From: an uncultured Rhodobacterales bacterium
GTDB lineage: Bacteria; Pseudomonadota; Alphaproteobacteria; Rhodobacterales; Rhodobacteraceae
Direction of reading: 5' to 3'
Assembly (NCBI GenBank): GCA_964638245.1
Contig: CAZWZG010000002.1
Location: forward strand, 15,492-74,151
DNA: 58,660 nucleotides
Shown here: in pieces, positions 19,188 to 28,143 of the stretch
Position numbering within the stretch: position 1 is the first letter of the stretch
How the letters are laid out: the number at the start of each line of letters is the position of its first letter
Made by a program: the position numbers and the translations under genes
Notes under the pieces: model-generated
Databases searched by the model: none
The model's input: the letters and a program-made list of their open reading frames with translations, nothing else
What the model was told of the DNA's origin: nothing

Positions 19188-19799
19188 CTAGCCCCGGCGA
19201 CCAAAGAGGCGATCGAACGCGCGCCGGACCCGGCCGCGCGCTGCGTCAGACGCATCCTCGATGTCGTCAAAGACCGGATCGATACGGTCCTCGCGGAACC
19301 GAATCCAACGGGCGCGCAGCCAGAGGAGCAGCGCAGCAAGGGCGACAAAGAACCCGATATTGAACCATGGGATCAGGGTTTGGTCGGGTCCGGTCGCCGG
19401 TCGGATCGAAACGGCGTTTGGAAAGGCGGTGAAAAGCGTGCTTCGCCAGCCGTAGTGGGTGACGATCACCCAAACCGGGTCGGCAGCCGTCGAGACAGTG
19501 TCGGCGGCGGCGGTCTGCAAGTTGGCGGTGTCGAATTTCAGGTAGGGCGGCCAGAAATTTGTATCCTCGTTGCGATAAACGCGCTCGCGTCCATTCGCGT
19601 TGACACCCTGGATAAAAAGCACGTCCTTATTGTCGAGCCCGCCGGAATCTGCGTAGAAAATTCGGTTCATACCGAAATCGACGAACGTTTCGTAAGTGCC
19701 CACGATACGCACGATATCTCGCTGCGGCAGCGTATAGTGAAGGAAACCTCCAACCAGTAGGACAACGAACCCAATCAGGCTCCACCGGACATACTGCAT
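19188..19799 (-). CDS. DUF1523 family membrane-anchored protein
   Basis: 203 aa from ATG 19799. MQYVRWSLIGFVVLLVGGFLHYTLPQRDIVRIVGTYE.. matches the DUF1523 N-terminus I recall. The ORF extension to 20090 is arginine-rich junk. Confidence 0.6.
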   Translation of the reverse strand: MQYVRWSLIGFVVLLVGGFLHYTLPQRDIVRIVGTYETFVDFGMNRIFYADSGGLDNKDVLFIQGVNANGRERVYRNEDTNFWPPYLKFDTANLQTAAADTVSTAADPVWVIVTHYGWRSTLFTAFPNAVSIRPATGPDQTLIPWFNIGFFVALAALLLWLRARWIRFREDRIDPVFDDIEDASDAARGRVRRAFDRLFGRRG

Positions 19800-19953
19800 C
19801 GTTTTCCCTCGTCTTCGTCGCGTTTTTTGACATCTAAGCATTCGAACGCCGGTGTGGTAGCCTCTTTTCCCGGATCGCGTCTTGCGGCACTGTCGGACCA
19901 TGCCTGTCGCGCGCCCCAAGCTTGTTCCCTCCACCATCCACATCTGGTGCGGC

Positions 19954-20157
19954 TCATTCGCCTCCCAAGCGCTTGCGTTCGCGCATCTTATGGATTGCGG
20001 GATCGATGATCTCGACCGGTTTGAGGTGTTGGCGGCGGGTGATGCCCGGCGTCTCAACCATTTCGGTTTGGCTGATGTGCCCGAAGTCACGGAGGGTGTC
20101 TTGATCCTTGATGTCGGGGCAATGGGCGCAGTTGCACCTTTTCAGGATACACAGCAC
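19954..20157 (-). CDS. Possible small protein with CxCxxC motif (hypothetical)
   Basis: 67-codon ORF with a GTG start. Hand-counted third-position GC is about 75% against about 59% at first positions, which fits this genome's coding bias. No family recognised. Confidence 0.3.
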   Translation of the reverse strand: MLCILKRCNCAHCPDIKDQDTLRDFGHISQTEMVETPGITRRQHLKPVEIIDPAIHKMRERKRLGGE

Positions 20158-20191
20158 TTAACCTACCTTGGTGCCTTTAAGGGGCAAAGAT

Positions 20192-21187
20192 ATGAGTAGT
20201 TGGAAACCGGGTCCTCGCAACTTGATCACGGATGTGCCTGGTGTCATGGTCGGCAACGCGGATGATGCTGCGTTGAAGTCCGGTGTGACGGTGTTTTCGG
20301 CGAAAGACAGGTTTACGGCAGCGGTCCACGTCATGGGGGGGGCTCCCGGGACGCGTGATACCGATTTGCTTGCACCCGAAAACACGATTGATGCCATAGA
20401 TGCGCTGGTCCTTTCTGGGGGCAGTGCCTTCGGACTTGATGCGTCTGCGGGCGTGGTGCGTGCCTTAAGGGCACAAGGACGCGGGCTTGAATTGGCCGGA
20501 CATGTTATTCCGTTGGTTCCCTCTGCAGTGATCTTCGACTTGCCCAATGGTGGTGACAAAGAATGGGTCGATTCCCCTTATCCCGATCTTGGGTATCGGG
20601 CGACGCAGGCTTTGGCTTACGATTTCAGCATTGGCACATCAGGGGCCGGGACGGGCGCGACCACAGCAGACCTCAAAGGAGGCCTCGGATCAGCATCTGT
20701 CGTTTTGGACGATGGCACCACTGTCGGCGCCTTGGTTGTCGTCAATCCAGTCGGGACGACTATTGCGGGCGAAGGGCCGGAGTTCTGGGCTGCGCCTTTC
20801 GAGGTGGGAGAAGAGTTCGGCGGCGCAGGCGTTGCGAAGTCTTTTGCTACAACGCCAGTGACCAAGCTTGAACAACGGTTGAACACGGCCATTGCGATAG
20901 TTGCAACCGACGTAGCGCTCAACAAGGCCGCTGCGAAACGTATGGCCATCGCGGCACATGATGGAATCGCACGGGCCATTGTGCCGTCTCATACTCCATA
21001 TGACGGCGACCTCATCTTTGCGGCGTCAGTGGGAGATCGCCAGATGCAGGATGCGATGTTGGACCCGTTGCGACTGGGCCATGCTTCCGCAATGACCCTC
21101 GCTAGGGCGATTGCTCGCGCTGTTTTCGCGGCGACACCAGCACCGGGTGATCTGGTCCCGACGTGGCAGCAAAGATTTGCAGATTAA
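20192..21187 (+). CDS. P1/S58 (DmpA/BapA-like) aminopeptidase family protein
   Basis: 331 aa from ATG 20192. NLITDVPGVMVGNADD..SGVTVF...GGAPGTRDTDLL...LSGGSAFGLDA pattern. Confidence 0.8.
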   Translation: MSSWKPGPRNLITDVPGVMVGNADDAALKSGVTVFSAKDRFTAAVHVMGGAPGTRDTDLLAPENTIDAIDALVLSGGSAFGLDASAGVVRALRAQGRGLELAGHVIPLVPSAVIFDLPNGGDKEWVDSPYPDLGYRATQALAYDFSIGTSGAGTGATTADLKGGLGSASVVLDDGTTVGALVVVNPVGTTIAGEGPEFWAAPFEVGEEFGGAGVAKSFATTPVTKLEQRLNTAIAIVATDVALNKAAAKRMAIAAHDGIARAIVPSHTPYDGDLIFAASVGDRQMQDAMLDPLRLGHASAMTLARAIARAVFAATPAPGDLVPTWQQRFAD

Positions 21188-23538
21188 CCTTCGCCGTAAG
21201 GGACCCACACCGTCTTGATTTCGGTTGCGGCAGCCAGGAATTCGCGGCCTTCCCCGTCGCTTCCAAACCAGTCACGGGATCTGCCATTGTTGACCCACGT
21301 GCGCTTGAGGTTGTCGGCAGCGCGCCGCTCGATCTCTGCGGAAATGTCGCTTGATGAGAAATTCCAAATCGCATCTATTTCTGCGTGATCGGCCAAAGTT
21401 CTTGCAAGTTCGGCATGGGATCCGGTCAGAATGTTGACGACACCAGCGGGCACATCCGAGGTCTCGAGCACCTGGTAGAAATCCGTAGCCGCGAGTGGAA
21501 AGGGCTCGGACGCTGTCACGACAAGGCGGTTGCCCATGGCCATGGCAGGGCCGATGAGTGAGACGAGACCAAGGAGCGGTGCCTCGTCCGGTGCCAGTGC
21601 GCCGATGATGCCGGCGGGTTCATTGAGGCCAAGGGCAAGGCCGCGCAGCGGGACGGATTTTGCGGCCCCGTCAAGCTTGTCCGCCCATGCTGCATAGGTG
21701 AACAGGCGGGCGACGGAGGCATCGACTTCTGCGGTGGCGGATTTGGCATTTGTGCCTGTCAGTGCCGAAATCCGCTTGGCGAACTCTTCGCGCCGCGCAT
21801 TGAGGTTTTCACCAAGATAGTACAGGATTTGCGCGCGAAGGTGCGCAGTTGTTTTGGCCCACCCAGACGCCTTTGCAGCGGCTTCAACCGCATTACGCAC
21901 GTCCTTGCGGTTGGCCCGGGACGCATGGCCGAGCAGGGCGCCCTTTGGACCCCAAATCGCATCGGAATAGCCGCCGTCGGGGCGCGCTTGCTTGCCGTCG
22001 ATATAGAGTTTGGCGGTCCGGTCCATACCGTCGGGTTTTGGCGCAGCCGGGGCCGGGAACGCCGCCACGGGTTTCAGAGGCTTCAGCGTGCGCTTGGGTT
22101 TCGTGTAGGCCAGCAAGCCTTCCCAACCACCTTCACGCCCGAACCCGCTTTCGCGCACCCCGCCAAAGCCTGCGGCAGCGTCAAAAAGGTTGGTTGCGTT
22201 CACCCACACCACGCCGGCAGCCAGCTTTGGCGCGATGTCGAGGGCGAGGTTGATGTTTTCAGACCAAACCGTCGCGGCCAGACCGTAACGCGTGTTGTTT
22301 GCCAGTTCGACGGCTTCTGCTGGCGTGCGGAACGTCATGGCTACAAGCACCGGCCCGAAGATTTCTTCCTGCATCAAAGCATCGGAAGTCGTGAGGCCCG
22401 TGATCAGGGTCGGCGGGTAGAAGCATCCTTGATCAGGGATCGGCGTTGCAGGTTGGAACACGTCACCGCCCGAGCTTGCTACCTTGGACGCGATCTGGTC
22501 ATGCTGCACGGGGTCCACCACGGCGCCGATGTCGATGCATTTATCGAGCGGATCACCAAGGCGCAGGTTCTCCATGCGGCGTTTGAGGCGCGCGTAGAAC
22601 GTGTCGGCGATGCCCTCCTGCACCAGTAGACGCGAACCTGCGCAACAGACCTGACCCTGGTTGAACCAGATCGCATCGACGAGGCCTTCAATCGCGCTGT
22701 CCATGTCAGCATCGTCAAAGACGATGTAAGGCGATTTGCCACCCAACTCGAGCGTCAGCGCCTTGCCCGACCCGGCGGTGGCCTCGCGGATGATGCGACC
22801 CACGTCGGTCGAGCCGGTGAAGGCGATCTTGTCGATGCCGGGGTGATCCACGATGGCGGCGCCGGTCTCCCCTTCGCCAGTGACAATGTTGATGACGCCG
22901 GCTGGAACGCCCGCTTCGGCGCAGATGTCGGCGAAGAGGAGCGCCGTCAAAGACGTGTATTCAGCCGGCTTCAGCACCACGGTGTTGCCCATCGCGATGG
23001 CAGGCGCGATTTTCCAGGCCAGCATGAGCAGTGGGAAGTTCCACGGGATGATCTGCCCGCAAACGCCGAGCGCCTCGCGGTCTGGCAACTCAGCGTCCAT
23101 CAGCTGGGCCATCCCGGCGTGATAATAGAAATGCCGCGCCACCAGAGGGATATCGATGTCGCGGCTTTCGCGGATCGGTTTGCCGTTGTCGAGCGTTTCG
23201 AGAACAGCGAACAGACGAGACTGCTTCTGAATGATGCGAGCGATGGCGTAAAGGACGCGCGCGCGCTGGTGGCCTGGGATCTTGGCCCAGCCCGGTTGTG
23301 CCTTGCGCGCGGCCTTGACCGCGGCGTCGACATCTTTCGCGGAACCGGTCGAAACCTTGGCCAGCACGTCCCCCGTTGCCGGGTTGCGGGTGTCGAAGGT
23401 TTTCGCAGGCTTCGTCCAGGTGCCGCCGATAAAGTGACCGAATTTCCCTTTGTGCGTGGCGATCCAGTCGCGCGCTTCAACCGCGCTTTCGGGCGCCAGG
23501 CCATACTCCATTGTTTCGAAGATTTCTTTGACGTTCAT
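21184..23538 (-). CDS. Long aldehyde dehydrogenase: complete ALDH domain plus C-terminal partial ALDH-like module
   Basis: 784 aa from ATG 23538. Catalytic LELGGKSP and NQGQVCCAGSR lie in the first ~480 aa. The last ~290 aa repeat only an NAD-binding-like half, with no catalytic Cys motif seen. Confidence 0.85.
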   Translation of the reverse strand: MNVKEIFETMEYGLAPESAVEARDWIATHKGKFGHFIGGTWTKPAKTFDTRNPATGDVLAKVSTGSAKDVDAAVKAARKAQPGWAKIPGHQRARVLYAIARIIQKQSRLFAVLETLDNGKPIRESRDIDIPLVARHFYYHAGMAQLMDAELPDREALGVCGQIIPWNFPLLMLAWKIAPAIAMGNTVVLKPAEYTSLTALLFADICAEAGVPAGVINIVTGEGETGAAIVDHPGIDKIAFTGSTDVGRIIREATAGSGKALTLELGGKSPYIVFDDADMDSAIEGLVDAIWFNQGQVCCAGSRLLVQEGIADTFYARLKRRMENLRLGDPLDKCIDIGAVVDPVQHDQIASKVASSGGDVFQPATPIPDQGCFYPPTLITGLTTSDALMQEEIFGPVLVAMTFRTPAEAVELANNTRYGLAATVWSENINLALDIAPKLAAGVVWVNATNLFDAAAGFGGVRESGFGREGGWEGLLAYTKPKRTLKPLKPVAAFPAPAAPKPDGMDRTAKLYIDGKQARPDGGYSDAIWGPKGALLGHASRANRKDVRNAVEAAAKASGWAKTTAHLRAQILYYLGENLNARREEFAKRISALTGTNAKSATAEVDASVARLFTYAAWADKLDGAAKSVPLRGLALGLNEPAGIIGALAPDEAPLLGLVSLIGPAMAMGNRLVVTASEPFPLAATDFYQVLETSDVPAGVVNILTGSHAELARTLADHAEIDAIWNFSSSDISAEIERRAADNLKRTWVNNGRSRDWFGSDGEGREFLAAATEIKTVWVPYGEG

Positions 23539-23825
23539 GATGTTGCGCGTCCTATGATGACCCACCCGGCGAAGGTGCCAAAGGCGATGAAGCAGGCGGT
23601 GAAAGTGATGCGTCGGAACCGGTCAACGGCAGCGGCATATTCGAAATACTTGGTGGGCATGTTGCCCCGGCGGCGGGGCCACCAGTAGGTCTTGCGAAAG
23701 GTTTCAACCTCTTCCGGAGACAGGTTTTCGGCGATGCGCTTACGGGCTTTATCGGCCCGTTCGGCTAGTCCGGCGGACACAAGCACGATCACCGCCACGA
23801 TTGCTAAGGGGATGAGGTCGCTCAT
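23535..23825 (-). CDS. Small membrane protein (hypothetical), translationally coupled to the ALDH gene
   Basis: 96 aa with hydrophobic helices at both ends. ATGA overlap with the ALDH start; begins 3 nt after the deoC stop. Confidence 0.45.
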   Translation of the reverse strand: MSDLIPLAIVAVIVLVSAGLAERADKARKRIAENLSPEEVETFRKTYWWPRRRGNMPTKYFEYAAAVDRFRRITFTACFIAFGTFAGWVIIGRATS

Positions 23826-23828
23826 CGT

Positions 23829-24827
23829 CTAGCCAATCCCGTGCCGGAAACCGGCCGAGTAGCGGCCTGTGACGTGATGCTCGAGCTGGCGCTCGATGTC
23901 GCCCAAAAGCGAGGATGCGCCAAATCGGAACAGGTGATTGTTCAGCCAGTCGTTGCCGAGCTCGTCCTTGATCAGCGCAAGGTAGGTCAAAGCATCCTTG
24001 GCCTTGGAGATACCGCCAGCAGGCTTGTAGCCGACGCGGATCCCGGTTTGTTCATGGAACTCACGGATCGCTCGGATCATTACAAGACTGACCGGGAGCG
24101 TGGCGTTCACGCTTTCCTTGCCGGTCGACGTTTTGATGAAATCGGCCCCTGCCATCATGCAGATCAGGCTTGCGCGCGCCACGTTGCGAAGGCTGCCAAG
24201 TTCGCCGGTGGCGAGGATCGCTTTGACATGTGCCGGGCCGCACGCCTCGCGGAAGGCTTTCATTTCGTCATAGAGCGCTTGCCAGTTTTGGGTCAGCACG
24301 TGTCGGCGCGAGATGACGATGTCGATCTCGGTTGCGCCGGCGGCGAAGCTTTCGCTGATTTCTGCCACGCGCAAATGGAAGGGCGACAGCCCGGCCGGAA
24401 AACCGGTGGAGACTGCCGCAACCGGCAGGCCGGTGCCCTTGACCGCCTCAACGGCCGTCGGCACCATGTCGTGATAGACGCAGACCGCGCCTGTCGTGAT
24501 CGGACCCATCCCAAGAGCATCGAGAAGCGATGAATTCACAGGATTGGCGGCCTTTGCGCATAAACGTTTCACACGTCCTTCGGTGTCGTCCCCCGAAAGG
24601 GTTGTCAGGTCGATCATGGTGATCGCCTTCAATAGCCAGGCAGCCTGATAGTCTTTTTTGATCGAACGCCGACCGGGCAGCGTTGCGGCGCGACGCTCAA
24701 TGGCCGACGTGTTTGCCTGCGCCCGAGCCACCCAGTCGAGGTCCAACTCAAAACCCGGGTTGCGCACCTCTGTTGTGGCGGGCAGGTGGGCTTGGTTCGT
24801 GGTTGTCTCGGCGGTCTGGAGGGGCAT
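23829..24827 (-). CDS. deoC: Deoxyribose-phosphate aldolase (long form)
   Basis: 332 aa from ATG 24827. IDLTTLSGDDT.., ..GADFIKTSTGK (Schiff-base Lys context) and GYKPAGGI. The 656-aa ORF-track version is an antisense-to-rpe extension. Confidence 0.85.
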   Translation of the reverse strand: MPLQTAETTTNQAHLPATTEVRNPGFELDLDWVARAQANTSAIERRAATLPGRRSIKKDYQAAWLLKAITMIDLTTLSGDDTEGRVKRLCAKAANPVNSSLLDALGMGPITTGAVCVYHDMVPTAVEAVKGTGLPVAAVSTGFPAGLSPFHLRVAEISESFAAGATEIDIVISRRHVLTQNWQALYDEMKAFREACGPAHVKAILATGELGSLRNVARASLICMMAGADFIKTSTGKESVNATLPVSLVMIRAIREFHEQTGIRVGYKPAGGISKAKDALTYLALIKDELGNDWLNNHLFRFGASSLLGDIERQLEHHVTGRYSAGFRHGIG

Positions 24828-24968
24828 GTCGGGGCTCCGCAAGGATGCAATCAAATTGGCACGCGCGACGGCTTTACGCAACTTTGACCGTTTGGTCAAA
24901 TTTTTCCGATGTGACGGCGCGTGACATCCTTTTTCAGGAACGATAGCAGAGGGCAAAGGAGAGCTGTT

Positions 24969-25652
24969 ATGTCCAATCCAGTCATTATTGCACCGTCCAT
25001 TCTGGCCGCTGACTTTGCCAATTTCGGGGCAGAGATCGAAGCCGTTGAAGCACAGGGCGCTGACTGGATCCATGTGGATGTCATGGATGGCCATTTCGTG
25101 CCAAACCTGACGTTTGGACCTGCGATGTGTGCGGCGATACGGCCCCATATCAAGACAGTCATGGATGTCCATCTGATGATCTCGCCGGTGGACCCGTATA
25201 TTCAGGCATTTGCAGATGCCGGGGCCGATTACCTGACCGCGCATGTTGAGGCGGGGCCGCATTTGCATCGCACCCTCCAAGCCATACGTGCTGCGGGCGT
25301 GAAAGCGGGGGTCGCTCTGAACCCTGCAACGCCAGCAAATTCCATCGCGCATGTTTTGGACATGATCGATCTGGTCTGCGTGATGACGGTGAATCCAGGT
25401 TTCGGGGGCCAAAGCTTCATCGACATGTCCGGCAAAGTCGCAGAGCTGCGTTCGATGTGTGCCGGGCGCGATATCCTTATCGAGATCGATGGGGGCGTAA
25501 CGCCCGAAACAGCGCCAATTGTACGAAGGGCCGGGGCGGATGTCCTCGTCGCGGGGTCCGCTGCGTTCAAGGGTGGCTCGGCCGATGCTCCAGAAGCGTA
25601 TGGCACCAACATTGCGGCCATTCGTGCGGCAGCCGAGGGCACTTTGGCTTGA
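24969..25652 (+). CDS. rpe: Ribulose-phosphate 3-epimerase
   Basis: 227 aa. APSILAADFANFGAEIEAVEAQGADWIHVDVMDGHFVPNLTFG and MTVNPGFGGQSF. Confidence 0.9.
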   Translation: MSNPVIIAPSILAADFANFGAEIEAVEAQGADWIHVDVMDGHFVPNLTFGPAMCAAIRPHIKTVMDVHLMISPVDPYIQAFADAGADYLTAHVEAGPHLHRTLQAIRAAGVKAGVALNPATPANSIAHVLDMIDLVCVMTVNPGFGGQSFIDMSGKVAELRSMCAGRDILIEIDGGVTPETAPIVRRAGADVLVAGSAAFKGGSADAPEAYGTNIAAIRAAAEGTLA

Positions 25653-25784
25653 TTGCTTGACGCGCGGAAACTCTCGCGGGGTGCTTTTTCTTTCCGCAAC
25701 GTTGAAACGCTGCACCCCCTTGCGCCCGGAAAAACCGGCGTCATACTTGCGCGCATAAATACCAAAAAACAGGGAGTTCTTGGA

Positions 25785-27362
25785 ATGGGAACGAAACATC
25801 TATGGCTGGCTGCAAGCGCAATGGCACTCTGTGCTGGCGTTGCATCGGCTGAAACGCTGAACTGGGCCAACAACGGCGACTCGCTGACGCTTGACCCGCA
25901 TGCGCAAAACGAAGGCCCGACTCACACGGTCGCTCACCAGATCTACGAACCGCTCTTGATGCGCGACATGTCGGGCGCAATCGTCCCCGTCCTGGCGACC
26001 GAATGGGGCCCAACGGAAGATCCCAATGTGTGGTCATTCAAACTGCGCGAAGGCGTGACGTTCCATGATGGATCTGCGTTTACTGCAGAAGACGTGGTTT
26101 TTTCGATCGAACGGGCTCTGACGCCCGACAGCGACATGAAGGAGCTGCTGGCGTCGCTGGTTGAAGTGCGGGCTGTCGACGACATGACAGTCGAGTTTGT
26201 GACCGATGGTCCGAACCCGATCTTCCCAAACAACCTCACCAACATGTTCATGATGGACAAGACATGGACCGAGGCGAACAACGCCACCAAGGTGCAGGAC
26301 TTTGAAGGCGGCGAGACGACCTTTGCCTCGACCAACACCAACGGCACTGGACCTTACCAGTTGTCGGTTCGTGAGCCGGACGTTCGTACCGTTCTGACGG
26401 CCTATGATGGCTATTGGGGCAAGGACATGTTCCCGCTCGACATCACCGAAATCAATTACACGCCGATCCAGAACGACGCGACACGCGTTGCTGCGTTCCT
26501 GTCGGGTGAAATTGACTTCATCCAAGCATTGCCGGTGCAGGACCTTGGCCGTGTAGCCGGTGTTGACGGTCTGGACGTCCGAACGGCACCTCAGAACCGG
26601 GTCATCTTCTTTGGTATGAACCAGGGCGATGAAGACCTGACGTCTGACAACGTCGATGGAGCAAACCCGCTGGCAGACGTGCGCGTGCGTCAGGCGATCC
26701 TCGCCGCCGTGAACCGTGATGCGATCCAGCAGGTCGTGATGCGGGGTCAATCGCAACCGGCTGGTGTGATCTCGCCTCCGTTCGTGAACGGCTGGACAGC
26801 AGAGCTCGATGAAGTGCCAGCAACCGACATCGCCGCCGCCAAAGCGCTGATGGAAGAAGCCGGTTATGGCGATGGGTTCTCGATTACGCTGAACTGCCCG
26901 AATGATCGTTACATCAACGATGAAGGCATCTGTCAGGCGGCCGTGGGCATGCTGGCCCAGATCGGGATCGAGGTGAATCTTGAGGCTCTGCCAAAGGCGC
27001 AGCACTTCCCGCTGATCAACAACCTTGAAACCGACTTCTATATGCTGGGTTGGGGTGTTCCGACGTTTGACTCCGAATACATCTTCAACTTCCTCGCGCA
27101 CACCAAAGGTGAGCAGTACGGGTCTTGGAATGCGACGCGCTATTCGAACCCTGAGCTTGATACGATGATCCAAGCGCTGGCATCCGAGACGGATATTCCA
27201 AAGCGTGACGGCATGATCGCTGACATCTGGCAGACGGTTCAGGAGGATGTCCTGTACATTCCGATCCACCACCAGGTGCTGAACTGGGGTCTGAAGTCGA
27301 ACATTGGCGCCGAAGTGCAGCCTGAAGACCAGCCCAAGGTGAAGTACTTCACGGTCAACTAA
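25785..27362 (+). CDS. ABC transporter substrate-binding protein, family 5 (peptide/nickel type)
   Basis: 525 aa from ATG 25785. Signal MGTKHLWLAASAMALCAGVASA, then typical SBP_bac_5 content. Confidence 0.85.
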   Translation: MGTKHLWLAASAMALCAGVASAETLNWANNGDSLTLDPHAQNEGPTHTVAHQIYEPLLMRDMSGAIVPVLATEWGPTEDPNVWSFKLREGVTFHDGSAFTAEDVVFSIERALTPDSDMKELLASLVEVRAVDDMTVEFVTDGPNPIFPNNLTNMFMMDKTWTEANNATKVQDFEGGETTFASTNTNGTGPYQLSVREPDVRTVLTAYDGYWGKDMFPLDITEINYTPIQNDATRVAAFLSGEIDFIQALPVQDLGRVAGVDGLDVRTAPQNRVIFFGMNQGDEDLTSDNVDGANPLADVRVRQAILAAVNRDAIQQVVMRGQSQPAGVISPPFVNGWTAELDEVPATDIAAAKALMEEAGYGDGFSITLNCPNDRYINDEGICQAAVGMLAQIGIEVNLEALPKAQHFPLINNLETDFYMLGWGVPTFDSEYIFNFLAHTKGEQYGSWNATRYSNPELDTMIQALASETDIPKRDGMIADIWQTVQEDVLYIPIHHQVLNWGLKSNIGAEVQPEDQPKVKYFTVN

Positions 27363-27383
27363 TCTGACCAGTTGAGTAAGATT

Positions 27384-27419
27384 ATTGCCGGGCGAGGTTA
27401 TCGCCCGGCAATTTTGTTT
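27384..27419 (+). terminator. Strong intrinsic terminator after the first binding-protein gene
   Basis: Perfect 12-bp stem attgccgggcga (27384-27395) / tcgcccggcaat (27401-27412), a 5-nt loop, then tttgttt. Confidence 0.8.
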
Positions 27420-27518
27420 CAATCACGGAAAATTTAACTTACCTTGCGTCAATTTTTTGGCTACGCTTTCTGTCCGAGTTGGAGGGTGCTCCTCCGATAC
27501 GCGATAGGGGGCAATGTC

Positions 27519-28037
27519 GTGTATACGCTTGAAGACCTATGGCTGGTCGGTGGGCCGCCGGATCCAATCCTAAGTCATCTGGTGAAGATGTCGTCGCGCG
27601 CATGCGGGGCTGAATCGGCCATGTTCAACATTTGGCACAAAGATCGTTCTAAGATTCAGTGTCAGGCCCATTGCTGTCTTGAAGCGGGTCGCGCAGAGAT
27701 TTTTCCGATCCCCGAGCGGTTCAGCCTGACGCGGCTTGTTTGTCAAAGAAACATGGTTGTCGCGATTGATGATGCCTTGGAAGACGATCGCGTTTCGCGG
27801 GGATGCGGCGCCAACGAGCTGGAATTCCGCGCAATGATGGGAGCCCCCGTGCTTGGCCCGGATGGTGAGCCGGTCGGTTCCTTGAACGTCTGTTCGAAAC
27901 AGCCAAAGACGTGGAGCGACGTGGAGCGGGACAGTATTTTTTCGATGGCCGCCCTTGCCAGCCAGCATGTACTCTTGCGCGCAACGATCGCCACCGTGAA
28001 GATCCTGAGGGACGAAAGCGGCGTCAAAACCGCGTGA
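27519..28037 (+). CDS. Standalone GAF-domain protein
   Basis: The frame is open from 27444. I prefer GTG 27519 (AGGGGG 8 nt upstream). LEDLWLVGGPPDPILSHLVKMSSRACGAESAMFNIWHKDRSKIQ...FRAMMGAPVLGPDGEPVGSLNVCSKQPKTWS resembles single-domain GAF proteins. Confidence 0.6.
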   Translation: MYTLEDLWLVGGPPDPILSHLVKMSSRACGAESAMFNIWHKDRSKIQCQAHCCLEAGRAEIFPIPERFSLTRLVCQRNMVVAIDDALEDDRVSRGCGANELEFRAMMGAPVLGPDGEPVGSLNVCSKQPKTWSDVERDSIFSMAALASQHVLLRATIATVKILRDESGVKTA

Positions 28038-28143
28038 CTTGGCAAAACGGACTTTCGCTCCATGTCAGACCTGTGTTGTTGTGTCGCAGGCCTGCGCGCC
28101 ACATCAAAAAAGACGCGCCACGCGCAATCTTGGGGAGACATCC

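Noticed and set aside
23829-25799. 656-aa minus-strand ORF that would extend deoC by about 320 N-terminal residues
   Set aside because: The extension runs antisense through rpe (24969-25652), is Arg/His/Cys-rich low-complexity sequence, and DeoC homology starts only at ATG 24827. It is a typical high-GC antisense artefact.
26034-27422. 462-aa antisense ORF across the first SBP gene, and similar long shadow ORFs (538-1296, 8436-9578, 9947-10756, 28024-28962, 54637-55599)
   Set aside because: All lie opposite genes with strong family signatures and have Arg/Pro/His-rich compositions characteristic of GC-rich shadow frames.
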